IMG/VR virus record: IMGVR_UViG_3300020042_009943
Location: 1 to 24,528 of that record
DNA length: 24,528 nucleotides
DNA from: a virus
Lineage: Duplodnaviria; Caudoviricetes
Direction: 5' to 3' (one strand)
Shown here: one piece after another, positions 5,730 through 14,790 of the stretch
How positions within the stretch are numbered: the first letter of the stretch is position 1
Layout: each line of letters begins with the position of its first letter
Position numbers and translations under genes: made by a program
Notes under the pieces: model-generated
Databases searched by the model: none
Told to the model about the DNA's origin: nothing
What the model saw: the letters and a program-made list of their open reading frames with translations, nothing else

Positions 5730-7650
5730 ACCTACCAAAGAATGTTTTAGCTAGATCAGAATTGTAAGGACCATCCGCAGCTAACACAGCTCCGCCGCCA
5801 CCACTATCATTTTTTGTAATATTATTTGTTGTATTATTGACGTTAGTTGTTCCTGCTCCGCCACGAAAACTATTCATAAACTCCGTTGACATTTCATTTA
5901 GTACATTACCACTATTAGGTTCAGTATATACTGGTAATCTTTTATTTTTTAATGCTTGACTAGGAACATAATTACCATTGGCAAAAATAGTTCCTCCGAA
6001 TTGTTCACCACCTCTACCTAATAATTTATCCAAGAAACCTGCATTTCTTCCTTCTTTTTCATAAAGTTTTCTATTTGCTGATGTAAAAGAATCTAATTTT
6101 TTTGATACGCCAGGTAACTCATCTGTACTATCCAAAATCATGTTAAGAGATTTACTATCTGGGCCACGTATGTAGTTTGCACTAGGTCCACTCCAAGTTT
6201 TGGTTGTTTTGTTATACAAACCTGTAACTGATTCAAACTGACCAGGTTCTTCTATAACATCTTGAATACTTGCTCCACTTGTTCTCGTGCGATTTAATAT
6301 TACTGCCATAACTCTAGCATATTCACTTTTATTTCTGCTAGATTCTGCATATACGGCCTTAAGTAATAAACCAAATTCTGTGTCACTAATTTTTCGGCCC
6401 AAATATTCTTCAATTTGTGCTCTTTCACCAATATTAGCGGTAGGAAATGTCATTGATGTTGGTGAATTGCTTGCACGATCATATTTACGAGTTGGATCAA
6501 TTATATCTTTTAATTCATCAATTCTTTGTTGCTTTGCACTCTTATACACTCCAGGTGAAAATTTACCTGTAATTCCTTTATCATTTCCTGTGGTTGAACT
6601 TTCCAAAGCTTTTAATTCTTCTAAAGCTTCTCTTCTTGCTTCTTCTTCTTCTTCGGAATATACAGAATCTTTAAGACCCATTTCCTCACGTTTAGCTGAT
6701 ATTTGCTGATCTTCATCGGTATCTCGATTTGTTGGTCCAACTAAAGCTAGTATTGTTGCTATTGCAGGAGCCAATCTCGCAAATAATTTAACAGCTTGCA
6801 AAAGATACGGCCCTAGCTTTTTTAAACCTCCGCCTACCAAGGACAGTCCCATTAGTAACAATTCTAATGATTTAAAACCTAATTTTCCCAATGAACCTAC
6901 ATCAGTGTTAAGTGCAGCAAACCCAAGACCTAATGCACCTAAGCCTACTAATAAATTTTTAGCCCACTCTTCACCAAATAAATTAGTCATAAATTTATCA
7001 ACAGTTTCATTCACAGTTTTTCTGAATTCTGGATCTGTAATATATTTGCCTATACCCTCTGCCACAACTACGAGTAAACCACCCTTCAACAAACCAGTAA
7101 CTATACTTTGAATAAAACTCGATATTCCTCCACCCAACAAATTTCTCAAGAATCCTTTATCTTTACCTGCTTTTCCTGCTGCTGTCGGTGAATATGATTT
7201 ACTTCCAAATAATTGTTCATAGGCACTTTCTTTTCGACTTGCGTCCATAAAAAATTCGTCTGCACTAGTAGCTGGTTTAACTTTTAGTTTAGATACAAGC
7301 TTGACGATGTTCTGGCGCATAATATTCATATCACGTGCCATTCCTGGTAATGACATGCTGTTCTTAGTTACAATTCTAAATTGCATATTGAGTTCATCAA
7401 GTTTCATGATAACTGGTTCAACAGCTATACTATCACTACCAACGTTTCTTTTAATTTTTTCTGTTCCTAATTTTGCTTTATAACCTGTAAGTTTAGGAAA
7501 TAATGCTGTAGCCATACCACCCTTAGCAAAAAGGTAGTTGCGAGGATCAAGTTTTTCTTTTGCTCGTTCACTGAATGCGGTTTTTAATGAACTGCCTAAT
7601 CCTGCTCCCGATTTGCGGCGTTCAGCAAGTATGTCTCTAAAAGATGCCAT
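5728..7650 (-). CDS. Tape-measure/baseplate hub-like protein (gp29-like) with a SleB-type muralytic domain
   Basis: 640 aa, helical, with Gly/Leu-rich hydrophobic segments. LLKAVYAES...VMAVILNR...IQDVIEEPGQFESV matches the Hydrolase_2 pattern. Lies downstream of the gp26/gp51-like genes. Confidence 0.7.
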   Translation of the reverse strand: MASFRDILAERRKSGAGLGSSLKTAFSERAKEKLDPRNYLFAKGGMATALFPKLTGYKAKLGTEKIKRNVGSDSIAVEPVIMKLDELNMQFRIVTKNSMSLPGMARDMNIMRQNIVKLVSKLKVKPATSADEFFMDASRKESAYEQLFGSKSYSPTAAGKAGKDKGFLRNLLGGGISSFIQSIVTGLLKGGLLVVVAEGIGKYITDPEFRKTVNETVDKFMTNLFGEEWAKNLLVGLGALGLGFAALNTDVGSLGKLGFKSLELLLMGLSLVGGGLKKLGPYLLQAVKLFARLAPAIATILALVGPTNRDTDEDQQISAKREEMGLKDSVYSEEEEEARREALEELKALESSTTGNDKGITGKFSPGVYKSAKQQRIDELKDIIDPTRKYDRASNSPTSMTFPTANIGERAQIEEYLGRKISDTEFGLLLKAVYAESSRNKSEYARVMAVILNRTRTSGASIQDVIEEPGQFESVTGLYNKTTKTWSGPSANYIRGPDSKSLNMILDSTDELPGVSKKLDSFTSANRKLYEKEGRNAGFLDKLLGRGGEQFGGTIFANGNYVPSQALKNKRLPVYTEPNSGNVLNEMSTEFMNSFRGGAGTTNVNNTTNNITKNDSGGGGAVLAADGPYNSDLAKTFFGR

Positions 7651-7653
7651 TTT

Positions 7654-7848
7654 TTATCTCTGTGCTAGTTTTTGTTGTTTAAGTTTTTCATTTTCTGCAT
7701 CAACATAATTAATTAATAATGTAGTATAAACTGTTCTCTCCCAAGGTATCATTTTTTCAATATCATGTAGATTGTATTTGTGGTGCTGCATTAATGCAAA
7801 GTTAGTCTCAAAGTGGTTTCTCAAATTATCATGACGAAAAGTTAGACG
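7654..7848 (-). CDS. gp51: gp51-like baseplate hub assembly protein; probably expressed as a -1 frameshift extension of the gp26-like gene (absent from the ORF track)
   Basis: Manual translation RLTFRHDNLRNHFETNFALMQHHKYNLHDIEKMIPWERTVYTTLLINYVDAENEKLKQQKLAQR*. The first ATG (7791) lies inside the conserved block. Confidence 0.8.
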   Translation of the reverse strand, partial: RLTFRHDNLRNHFETNFALMQHHKYNLHDIEKMIPWERTVYTTLLINYVDAENEKLKQQKLAQR

Positions 7849-8567
7849 AAAAAATTTTGGATGCCCTCCACAAAAATATTTTCATCATAGCCACACTTAT
7901 CACAATGAAAGTGTAATTCTTTTTTAACTTTAGGTAAAGTTTCAAAAAACTTTTGTAATTCTGCAAATTGAACTCGATTTAAATTTTCTACAAATTCAGT
8001 TAGTTCTTCTTTTGTTTGATCTTTGGCATAGTACATATTATCTTCATCGTAGACACAATCAATACATGAAATTAAAATATCCATTAATTTTTCTACATCA
8101 TTACCCTCAACATTTTCCATCGATTTCATGCTTGGATATTTCATCAAAAAACCCATTTTAGGACTCAATTCAATTTTATTAGTATGTCCTTCTGGAATTT
8201 CTGGTTGTATCTCCAAAAGATTTAAATCAAATTTAACTAAGTTACCACATTCTTCTTCTGAACCAGCATTTGGTTTATTGTTGCATTTATATTGCAATTC
8301 AACAACTTCACCTACCGATCTGGCACGTAGATTTAAAAATAAAAATTCTAAATCAGAAAGAGGTATATTTTCAACATCAAAATCAGGATTCAAACAACAA
8401 TTATTGACAATCTGCTTGACTGCCAATAACATTGCATTTTCATCTTCCGATTCTATTGCCATCAAAAGAATCTTTTCTTCTTTTACTAGAAAAGGGCGAA
8501 ATCGAATTTTCTTTTTAGATAATGGTAAAGTCAGATCATATATGGGTGTATCAATTTTTGGTAACAT
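7842..8567 (-). CDS. gp26: Baseplate hub assembly chaperone, gp26-like
   Basis: Motifs MLPKIDTPIYDLTLP, FRPFLVKEEKILLMA, DLEFLFLNLRARSVGE and a C-terminal CDKCG...EGIQNFF; GGAG SD. Confidence 0.85.
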   Translation of the reverse strand: MLPKIDTPIYDLTLPLSKKKIRFRPFLVKEEKILLMAIESEDENAMLLAVKQIVNNCCLNPDFDVENIPLSDLEFLFLNLRARSVGEVVELQYKCNNKPNAGSEEECGNLVKFDLNLLEIQPEIPEGHTNKIELSPKMGFLMKYPSMKSMENVEGNDVEKLMDILISCIDCVYDEDNMYYAKDQTKEELTEFVENLNRVQFAELQKFFETLPKVKKELHFHCDKCGYDENIFVEGIQNFFV

Positions 8568-8589
8568 GGTAAAACTCCAATCAAAATAA

Positions 8590-9210
8590 TTATTCTAATC
8601 CATTCCTACCTGGTGGTCGTGAAAATTTAGTATAACTAGCGGTTTCTTTATAACGATAATATGAAAACTGAACTGATAAACGATGAAATCCATCATCAGT
8701 CCAACTTAAAGGTTGTGCTGCAATTCCTATTGGAAAAGCCTCAAATAAGGTAGCTTCATAAACTGGTGTGTTTCGACCAGCATATGTATTTGTATAAGGA
8801 TAATCAACATTGTGTACTGGTGCCGACGCATCATCATATTGGGATATCTGTATATTTGTTTTATATGTATCGCCAAATCTTAAATTATTTGATGAGTCTG
8901 GCATAATATAATTAATCCAAGCCTCAAAAAGTTTTCTTTCATAAAAAGAAGATGTACATAAAAAAGTTAATGTTATATCATTGTATTGTGTTTGATATGG
9001 CTGCTTATATATTGGACCATATATTTTTGCATCTGCCGTCATCAAAGTTCTACCCGGCAATTCTGTTGCTTCACATTGCATCGACAATGTTTCTGAATAT
9101 GTCCAATTTAAACCAAGAGTTCTAGGCAAGGTAATAACCGCACTGAACCTATTAGGTTTTGCTAGTCCATTATTTCCTACAATGTTACTAATAAATGCAT
9201 TGAGTGACAT
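8590..9210 (-). CDS. gp54: Baseplate tail-tube initiator gp54-like (tail-tube fold)
   Basis: Motifs GLAKPNRFSAVI, CEATELPGRTL, YNDITLTF, LFEAFPIGIAAQPLSW and LSVQFSYYRY. Confidence 0.7.
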   Translation of the reverse strand: MSLNAFISNIVGNNGLAKPNRFSAVITLPRTLGLNWTYSETLSMQCEATELPGRTLMTADAKIYGPIYKQPYQTQYNDITLTFLCTSSFYERKLFEAWINYIMPDSSNNLRFGDTYKTNIQISQYDDASAPVHNVDYPYTNTYAGRNTPVYEATLFEAFPIGIAAQPLSWTDDGFHRLSVQFSYYRYKETASYTKFSRPPGRNGLE

Positions 9211-9791
9211 TAAAATTTATCCTTTGATTCTGCATATACTTTACTTGTCGTTGCACCTACAAAAGATTCCATCGGTAACAATGCTGCAATGTCCCATTCG
9301 TCTGCATCGATCTCCAGAAAACGAGATTCGACATGACTATAAAGATATCTTTTGATGCACGGTGTTGCTTCAAATATTTTTGAAGATGCCCTCAAGTAAC
9401 GATAGCTAATCCTGAGTTTTGTTTGCTCATTATATTTTCTATTCGATGCTACTTCACTCAATTTGTCTAATAAAGTAATTCTATACTTGGGGTGAATGTA
9501 GTGTAAATTCAAACCCAGAAATCCATCTTTGTATTTCTCAATCGGTATGACTAAAGGAAAACGATCATAATACGGCAATGTATCTTTTGTCTTGGGATCG
9601 TAAAAATAGAAGTACATTTTGCCAATTATTGATCCCGTTTTTAATCTTTGTCTATCTGCCATAAGTGCAGCTTTTGTCGGTTTCAATTCCGCTATTTTGG
9701 CGTTTAGCCATTGTCTCGATTCTCGTGAACGAGGTTCGAGCCCTTGTTTTGCTAGGGATAGTTTTATGCGATCAATAAGTTTTTTAGCCAT
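9210..9791 (-). CDS. gp2: DNA end protector protein gp2
   Basis: Motifs GKMYFYFYDPKTKDTLPYYDRFPLVIP, GFLGLNLHY and CIKRYL. Confidence 0.93.
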   Translation of the reverse strand: MAKKLIDRIKLSLAKQGLEPRSRESRQWLNAKIAELKPTKAALMADRQRLKTGSIIGKMYFYFYDPKTKDTLPYYDRFPLVIPIEKYKDGFLGLNLHYIHPKYRITLLDKLSEVASNRKYNEQTKLRISYRYLRASSKIFEATPCIKRYLYSHVESRFLEIDADEWDIAALLPMESFVGATTSKVYAESKDKF

Positions 9792-9795
9792 ACTC

Positions 9796-9803
9796 TATTT
9801 ATC
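9796..9803 (-). promoter_or_regulatory. Late promoter (GATAAATA) for gene 2
   Basis: Minus strand reads GATAAATA-gagt-ATG. Confidence 0.6.
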
Positions 9804-10250
9804 TTAGATGCCCAAGTCTTTTTCGGTTACCACTTTAAATTCCCAACCATGATCTTTACAAAATTCTGTAGCAGCTTTCCACTTAGATTGATTGATAACA
9901 TACGTGACAGATTCTTTCAGAAAACGTTGAGTTTTTCGTTTTTGTATTGGGGGCTTAGTTTCACGTTCGGGTTTGACTTCAATCATGTAGGTGACCACTT
10001 CCCCGTTCTTTTTCTGAACTTTAGCTATGAAATCTGGGAAATATCGGTGTATCTTATTGTCGATGGGATTGTAATATCGAACAAACATTTCTTCGGATGC
10101 CCACCAAATGATGCTAGGATTGTCATCTAAATACTTCATTACACGAACTTCCCACGATGAACGATAGATAATGTTCTCCGCATTCCCTTTATATTTCAAC
10201 GGATTTTTGGGTTTAAACTTACCCTTATAAGTCTTGCCAGCATAACTCAT
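9804..10250 (-). CDS. gp4: Head completion nuclease gp4 (TnsA-like endonuclease fold)
   Basis: Motifs YKGKFKPKNPLKYKG, YRSSWE, WASEE, HRYFPDF, IEVKP and NQSKWKAA...FKVVTEKDL. Confidence 0.93.
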   Translation of the reverse strand: MSYAGKTYKGKFKPKNPLKYKGNAENIIYRSSWEVRVMKYLDDNPSIIWWASEEMFVRYYNPIDNKIHRYFPDFIAKVQKKNGEVVTYMIEVKPERETKPPIQKRKTQRFLKESVTYVINQSKWKAATEFCKDHGWEFKVVTEKDLGI

Positions 10251-10257
10251 ATAAATA
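10250..10257 (+). promoter_or_regulatory. Consensus T4 late promoter TATAAATA for the baseplate operon
   Basis: Exact TATAAATA, 22 nt upstream of the ATG at 10280, overlapping the divergent gp4 start codon. Confidence 0.8.
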
Positions 10258-10279
10258 TATGATTAGATTAAGGTAAAAA

Positions 10280-11512
10280 ATGGACATTCAAGTTAATATA
10301 CCAACTCTTGTACCGAATGAAGCGATTCAAGGTCAAGATAAAAAATTCTCGTATAAGATATATAGATACCCTCTTGACTTGGGTAGCACTAGCTTAAATC
10401 ATTATATTGTCTTTCATATTAATACACAGGCTAAAACTCAGTACAAAGCACAAGCTACTGGAAACGCAACTTCCTATGTAAAAGATCGTCAAGCAATAAG
10501 AAATATTGCTGGCTCAAGTGATCTTGCCGCAGCTTTAAATATTGGTGTCGGCGCACTTACCGCAACAATGGCTAGTGTATTGGAAAGAATAAGAATTGAT
10601 GAATTAGTTGGTCGTGCTGATTCAGCTTATGATAAAAATGTACCTGAATCTGTTAAACAATATGCCGAGGATGGGATTACTGTTGCTAAAGCTGCTGGAT
10701 TAGAAGCGGCTAGTGGTATTGGGGCTCTTGCTAAAAATGTGTCGGATATAAATTTTGTTCGTACCGTACAACAAACTACCGAGACAATTGCATTGTATAT
10801 GCCAGACACATTAAATTTTCAATACAATCAAACATATGATTCAAACGTGTCTCCTGGTAATAGTCCATTGGCAGCTTTGGCTGCTGGTGGTGCAAGTCTT
10901 GCGGATACAATCAATCGAACTAAAAATGCATCCCTAACAGATAAAACAAGAGCAATTGTTCGTAACTTATCTCCATTTATTGCAAACTATGCACTCAAAC
11001 AATTGGGTGATTTTGGACGTGTTTTGTTTGCAGCAGGAACTGGCGTTGCTCAAAATCCAATGCTTGAAGTATTGTATTCTTCACCTAATTTAAGATCATT
11101 CAGATTTGATTTTATGTTTTGGCCCAAGAGTCAAGAAGAAGCTAAAAAAGCACAAGAAATTATTGATTTATTTCGTTTTCATCAAGCACCAGAAGTTCTT
11201 CCAAATAGTGGAGGATTCTTTTTAATTCCTCCTTCAGAATTTGATATTAAATTTTATTATGCTGGTAAAGAAAATCCGAATATTCCAAGAATTTCAACGT
11301 GCGTATTGGAAAACCTGGATATAGATTATGCACCAAATGGATTCTCTGCATTTGAAGTTGTGGGTAACGATACTCCAACAATTGGTGGAACTGGTATGCC
11401 AGTTGGAATTCGAATGTCATTACAATTTAAAGAAACTATTATTGTTACTAAAGCTTTTCTAAGACCTGGTCAAGCATACATTGAAAAAGTACAAGATCAA
11501 TACGGAATATAA
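10280..11512 (+). CDS. gp48: Baseplate tail-tube cap gp48
   Basis: Motifs YRYPLDL, IALYMPD, NPMLEVLYSSPNLRSFRFDFMFWPKSQEEA, PPSEFDI, CVLENLDIDYAP and GMPVGIRMSLQFKE. Confidence 0.88.
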   Translation: MDIQVNIPTLVPNEAIQGQDKKFSYKIYRYPLDLGSTSLNHYIVFHINTQAKTQYKAQATGNATSYVKDRQAIRNIAGSSDLAAALNIGVGALTATMASVLERIRIDELVGRADSAYDKNVPESVKQYAEDGITVAKAAGLEAASGIGALAKNVSDINFVRTVQQTTETIALYMPDTLNFQYNQTYDSNVSPGNSPLAALAAGGASLADTINRTKNASLTDKTRAIVRNLSPFIANYALKQLGDFGRVLFAAGTGVAQNPMLEVLYSSPNLRSFRFDFMFWPKSQEEAKKAQEIIDLFRFHQAPEVLPNSGGFFLIPPSEFDIKFYYAGKENPNIPRISTCVLENLDIDYAPNGFSAFEVVGNDTPTIGGTGMPVGIRMSLQFKETIIVTKAFLRPGQAYIEKVQDQYGI

Positions 11513-12148
11513 ATGGCAAACTACTTTCAAACTTTTCCTAAAACATTCTACACGTCCACAACCGAAAATACGGAAGGTGATGTTGTAACGAATATATTAA
11601 CCCGTTTTTCTTTTGAACGAGAACTGAAAGAAAATTCGGCAACATATTACAAGTATGACATTAAAGATGGAGACACTCCAGAGGGGTTAGCATATAAGTT
11701 ATACGATTCTCCAAATCGGCATTGGATTATTTTAGGTTTTAATGATATACTTGATCCACAGTATGATTGGCCTTTAGATGAAAGAACATTTTACCGATTT
11801 GTTGAATCAAAATATGTTGCTAATGCAAACACAGGACAAAGTGGATTGACTTGGTCACAGGCAAATGTTTATGCTTACTATAGAGTTGAAAAGAGAACAA
11901 TAACTCTTACACAAAAATCTGTTGAAGATAAAATTTTAGTTGATGCAGCAGCATATGCAAATATATCTTTGGGTACCACCACAATTACATTGAAGGGTGG
12001 TGAAACCATGACTGTTGTGACAACTAAAGAAACTAAAACGTATTATGATTATGAACAGGAACTAAATGACGCCAAACGTACAATTAAAATATTAAAACCA
12101 GAATTTGTAAATAGAGTTGAAACTGAACTTAAAAGGGTTTTGTTATAA
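11513..12148 (+). CDS. gp53: Baseplate wedge protein gp53 (LysM-like)
   Basis: Motifs YFQTFP, YDIKDGDTPEGLAYKLY...HWIIL..N.I.DPQYDWP and YDYEQELNDAKRTIKILKPE. Confidence 0.92.
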   Translation: MANYFQTFPKTFYTSTTENTEGDVVTNILTRFSFERELKENSATYYKYDIKDGDTPEGLAYKLYDSPNRHWIILGFNDILDPQYDWPLDERTFYRFVESKYVANANTGQSGLTWSQANVYAYYRVEKRTITLTQKSVEDKILVDAAAYANISLGTTTITLKGGETMTVVTTKETKTYYDYEQELNDAKRTIKILKPEFVNRVETELKRVLL

Positions 12149-13506
12149 TGGCTGATTTGTTAAACATTGGTCAAACCACACAATTCAAGATAAAGAAATT
12201 ATCACTCATATCTAAAGTTGGCGTATTTGATATATCAACATTATTTGATGAATTGAATATATTTGACACAATATTTTTTCCTTGTATGTCTGGTAACATT
12301 GTAATTCGTGATGCTATTGGATTAACTAAAAAACTCTACTTTGATGGCTCTGAATTTTTAGAAATGGAAATTGGTAAAGCTGACGAAGATGGTAATACAA
12401 AAATAAAAAAAACTTTTCGAATTTATAAACAAGCCGAAAGAAAAAATGTAAATCAAACATCAGAAATGTATGTGTTGCATTTTGTTTCAGAAGAATTAAT
12501 ATATTCTTTGTCGAGTGCAAAAATTCGAAAAGGATATAAAGGTAATTATCATGATGCTGTTATTGACATACTATCTACAAATCTTAAAGCTAAAGATAAA
12601 ATAGGTTACATTGAAAAGACTGAGGGTATACAATCTTTTGTTGTACCGAATCTATCACCAAATCCAAGTTTGGGTGGAGTATTTGATGCATTAGAATGGA
12701 TTGCCAGTCGTTCGGTTGGCACAGAAAATATACCTAATTATTTTTTCTTCGAGAACAGATCAGGATTTAACTTCGTATCATTGGGAACACTATTAACACA
12801 AAAAGAATTATACACTATAAATTTCAAACCCAAAAATCTTTCAACTGACGTATCGGAAGAATTTTTAGGTGCTCGTGATGTGAGAGTTGTGTCTCAATAC
12901 AATTTAGCAGAATCAATTATGGATGGAGTGTATGCAGGAACACTGATTGAATATGATCCAATGACACAATATTATAATGAAAAGAAATTTAATTATACCA
13001 ATATGTTTATTGGTAAAAAACATGCTAATTTGTTTCCTAATATCAGCGCACTAAAGAATAGAGATGGCACAGATTTGAGTCAAATGTTTGATGCAAGAAG
13101 AGTTGCTTTTATATCACCTGCGGCTAGACAAAGCCCAGGTCCGCAAAATAGTTATATTAAAGAAAATGATCGTGAGACTTCTAATTTAATTGATGATACG
13201 AACAGATATAAATTTCAACGCAAACCAATCATAACTAATCTGATGCAAAAGAGATTAGAAGTAACTCTTCCGGGTAATTTTACACTTTCAGCAGGATATA
13301 CACTATTCCTAAATATGCCTACGAGATCAATAGCCGATGATTTTGGTTATGACAATACATTGTATGGAAAATATTTAATTACTGCTGCAAGGCATATTAT
13401 TCGATATGATCGCCATGAAACAATTGTTGAGCTTGCTACAGATACAACCAATAATGAGTTTATTAATTCTGATACGCCAGCACTACAGCAAGCAGGAATA
13501 GCATAA
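12148..13506 (+). CDS. Baseplate hub protein, gp27-like
   Basis: Lies between gp53 and gp5. Motifs SGNIVIRDA, YFFFENRSGFNFVSL, VTLPGN and LYGKYLITAARHII resemble gp27/gpD-type hubs. Confidence 0.7.
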   Translation: MADLLNIGQTTQFKIKKLSLISKVGVFDISTLFDELNIFDTIFFPCMSGNIVIRDAIGLTKKLYFDGSEFLEMEIGKADEDGNTKIKKTFRIYKQAERKNVNQTSEMYVLHFVSEELIYSLSSAKIRKGYKGNYHDAVIDILSTNLKAKDKIGYIEKTEGIQSFVVPNLSPNPSLGGVFDALEWIASRSVGTENIPNYFFFENRSGFNFVSLGTLLTQKELYTINFKPKNLSTDVSEEFLGARDVRVVSQYNLAESIMDGVYAGTLIEYDPMTQYYNEKKFNYTNMFIGKKHANLFPNISALKNRDGTDLSQMFDARRVAFISPAARQSPGPQNSYIKENDRETSNLIDDTNRYKFQRKPIITNLMQKRLEVTLPGNFTLSAGYTLFLNMPTRSIADDFGYDNTLYGKYLITAARHIIRYDRHETIVELATDTTNNEFINSDTPALQQAGIA

Positions 13507-14780
13507 TGAGAAATGTAACTACACCTAATTTTATTTTATGGAATGGAGTTGTCGAAGATCGACAAGATCCTTTAAAGATGGGTCGTGTCCGTGTTCGTAT
13601 TGTTGGGTATCACACTTCCGAGGTTAGTCAACTCCCTACAAGTTATCTGCCATGGGCGCAAGTTAATTTTTCTATTGGTTTGGCAAATTTATTTTCTGGT
13701 CCCAAAGAAGGCAATTGGGTAACTGGATATTTTCAAGATGGGGAATCTGCACAGCATCCAATTGTGACTGGAATTGCACCAGCTATTCGTGGAAGTAGCT
13801 TGCGCCAACCTACGGCATCAAATGGTGTGCTTAAACTTTTAGCAGAACGTCTTGCTGGTGAACAAGGTAAGCTTGATACACTCAATCGAGATTTTGCATC
13901 AACCACAGATATCAGACAAATTGCATCATTAGCTGTTCAAATCAATACACAACAAAGTCTTACTAATAGTGTTAAGAAAGCATACGATACATTAAACTTA
14001 ACAAATAATTTTAGACGACAACGTGGCTTCATAGATAATCGTAGTCAAGCAGAAGTGAACGCTGGACCAAAACTTCCACCTTGGATGAAAGATGGTCAAG
14101 CGGGTGAACCAACAATTCCTAGAATTGCACGTGGCATTATTGTGGGAACAAGCATTGAATTTACAAATAATCGCCGTGATCACGTTTGTGATATAGCAAT
14201 TTATGTGCGCCGTGCTATGGCAATTGCACGAATAAAAGTTGGAACAATTATGCTTGAAATTCGTGAAGCACTTGCTAAATTGTTAGAAGGATTTTCCACA
14301 TCACCAATGATTGCAGGCTTTGCTGCCAAAGTACGTAAACTTACATATTACGTAAAACAAATAACAACTATACTTGCGGAAATAAATGATGCAGTACAGA
14401 TTTTAGTTGAGAATATCCGTATCATCAAAGCTATCATTGAATTTATTTTAGGTCTTCCTGATTATATTAAACGTCTACTAGATAGATGTATCCAAGAAGC
14501 TATTGCAGAATTAAAAGCTGGATTTTTTGAGATAGTACGGGAAGTTTTTTCTGGTTTAGGTCCTGGTGAATTTAGTATTGTTGGTGATATTGTTGATTTA
14601 GTTAATGCTACTAATACTCTTGTCACTGAAGCACAAATATTAGCACAAGCGCCTCAACTAATTATTGATGCTATACAGAATCCTTCAGGTTTAACTGATG
14701 CAGAAAGAGAAAGATTAGTCTCTCAATTGATACCAGGTTACACCGAATTTAAAACACAAATTTTAGGTCCTATTTTATAA
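13506..14780 (+). CDS. gp5: gp5 N-terminal part (OB-fold) with a long helical extension and no lysozyme domain
   Basis: Motifs WNGVVEDRQDPLKMGRVRVRIVGYH, LPWA and EGNWVTGYFQDGESAQHPIVTG. Confidence 0.88.
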   Translation: MRNVTTPNFILWNGVVEDRQDPLKMGRVRVRIVGYHTSEVSQLPTSYLPWAQVNFSIGLANLFSGPKEGNWVTGYFQDGESAQHPIVTGIAPAIRGSSLRQPTASNGVLKLLAERLAGEQGKLDTLNRDFASTTDIRQIASLAVQINTQQSLTNSVKKAYDTLNLTNNFRRQRGFIDNRSQAEVNAGPKLPPWMKDGQAGEPTIPRIARGIIVGTSIEFTNNRRDHVCDIAIYVRRAMAIARIKVGTIMLEIREALAKLLEGFSTSPMIAGFAAKVRKLTYYVKQITTILAEINDAVQILVENIRIIKAIIEFILGLPDYIKRLLDRCIQEAIAELKAGFFEIVREVFSGLGPGEFSIVGDIVDLVNATNTLVTEAQILAQAPQLIIDAIQNPSGLTDAERERLVSQLIPGYTEFKTQILGPIL

Positions 14781-14790
14781 ATGGAATGAC

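Noticed and set aside
6287-7483. Plus-strand ORFs opposite the tape-measure-like gene, and the other short antisense or overlapping ORFs in the track
   Set aside because: They are fully nested within or opposite well-supported genes and show no recognisable motifs.
9804-10250. TnsA-like nuclease as a transposon or homing element
   Set aside because: Sequence and position next to gene 2 match the core head-completion protein gp4; no other transposon genes or terminal repeats.
11508-11515. TATAAATG as a late promoter for gp53
   Set aside because: Fully explained by the adjacent TAA stop and ATG start, and it overlaps the start codon it would have to precede.
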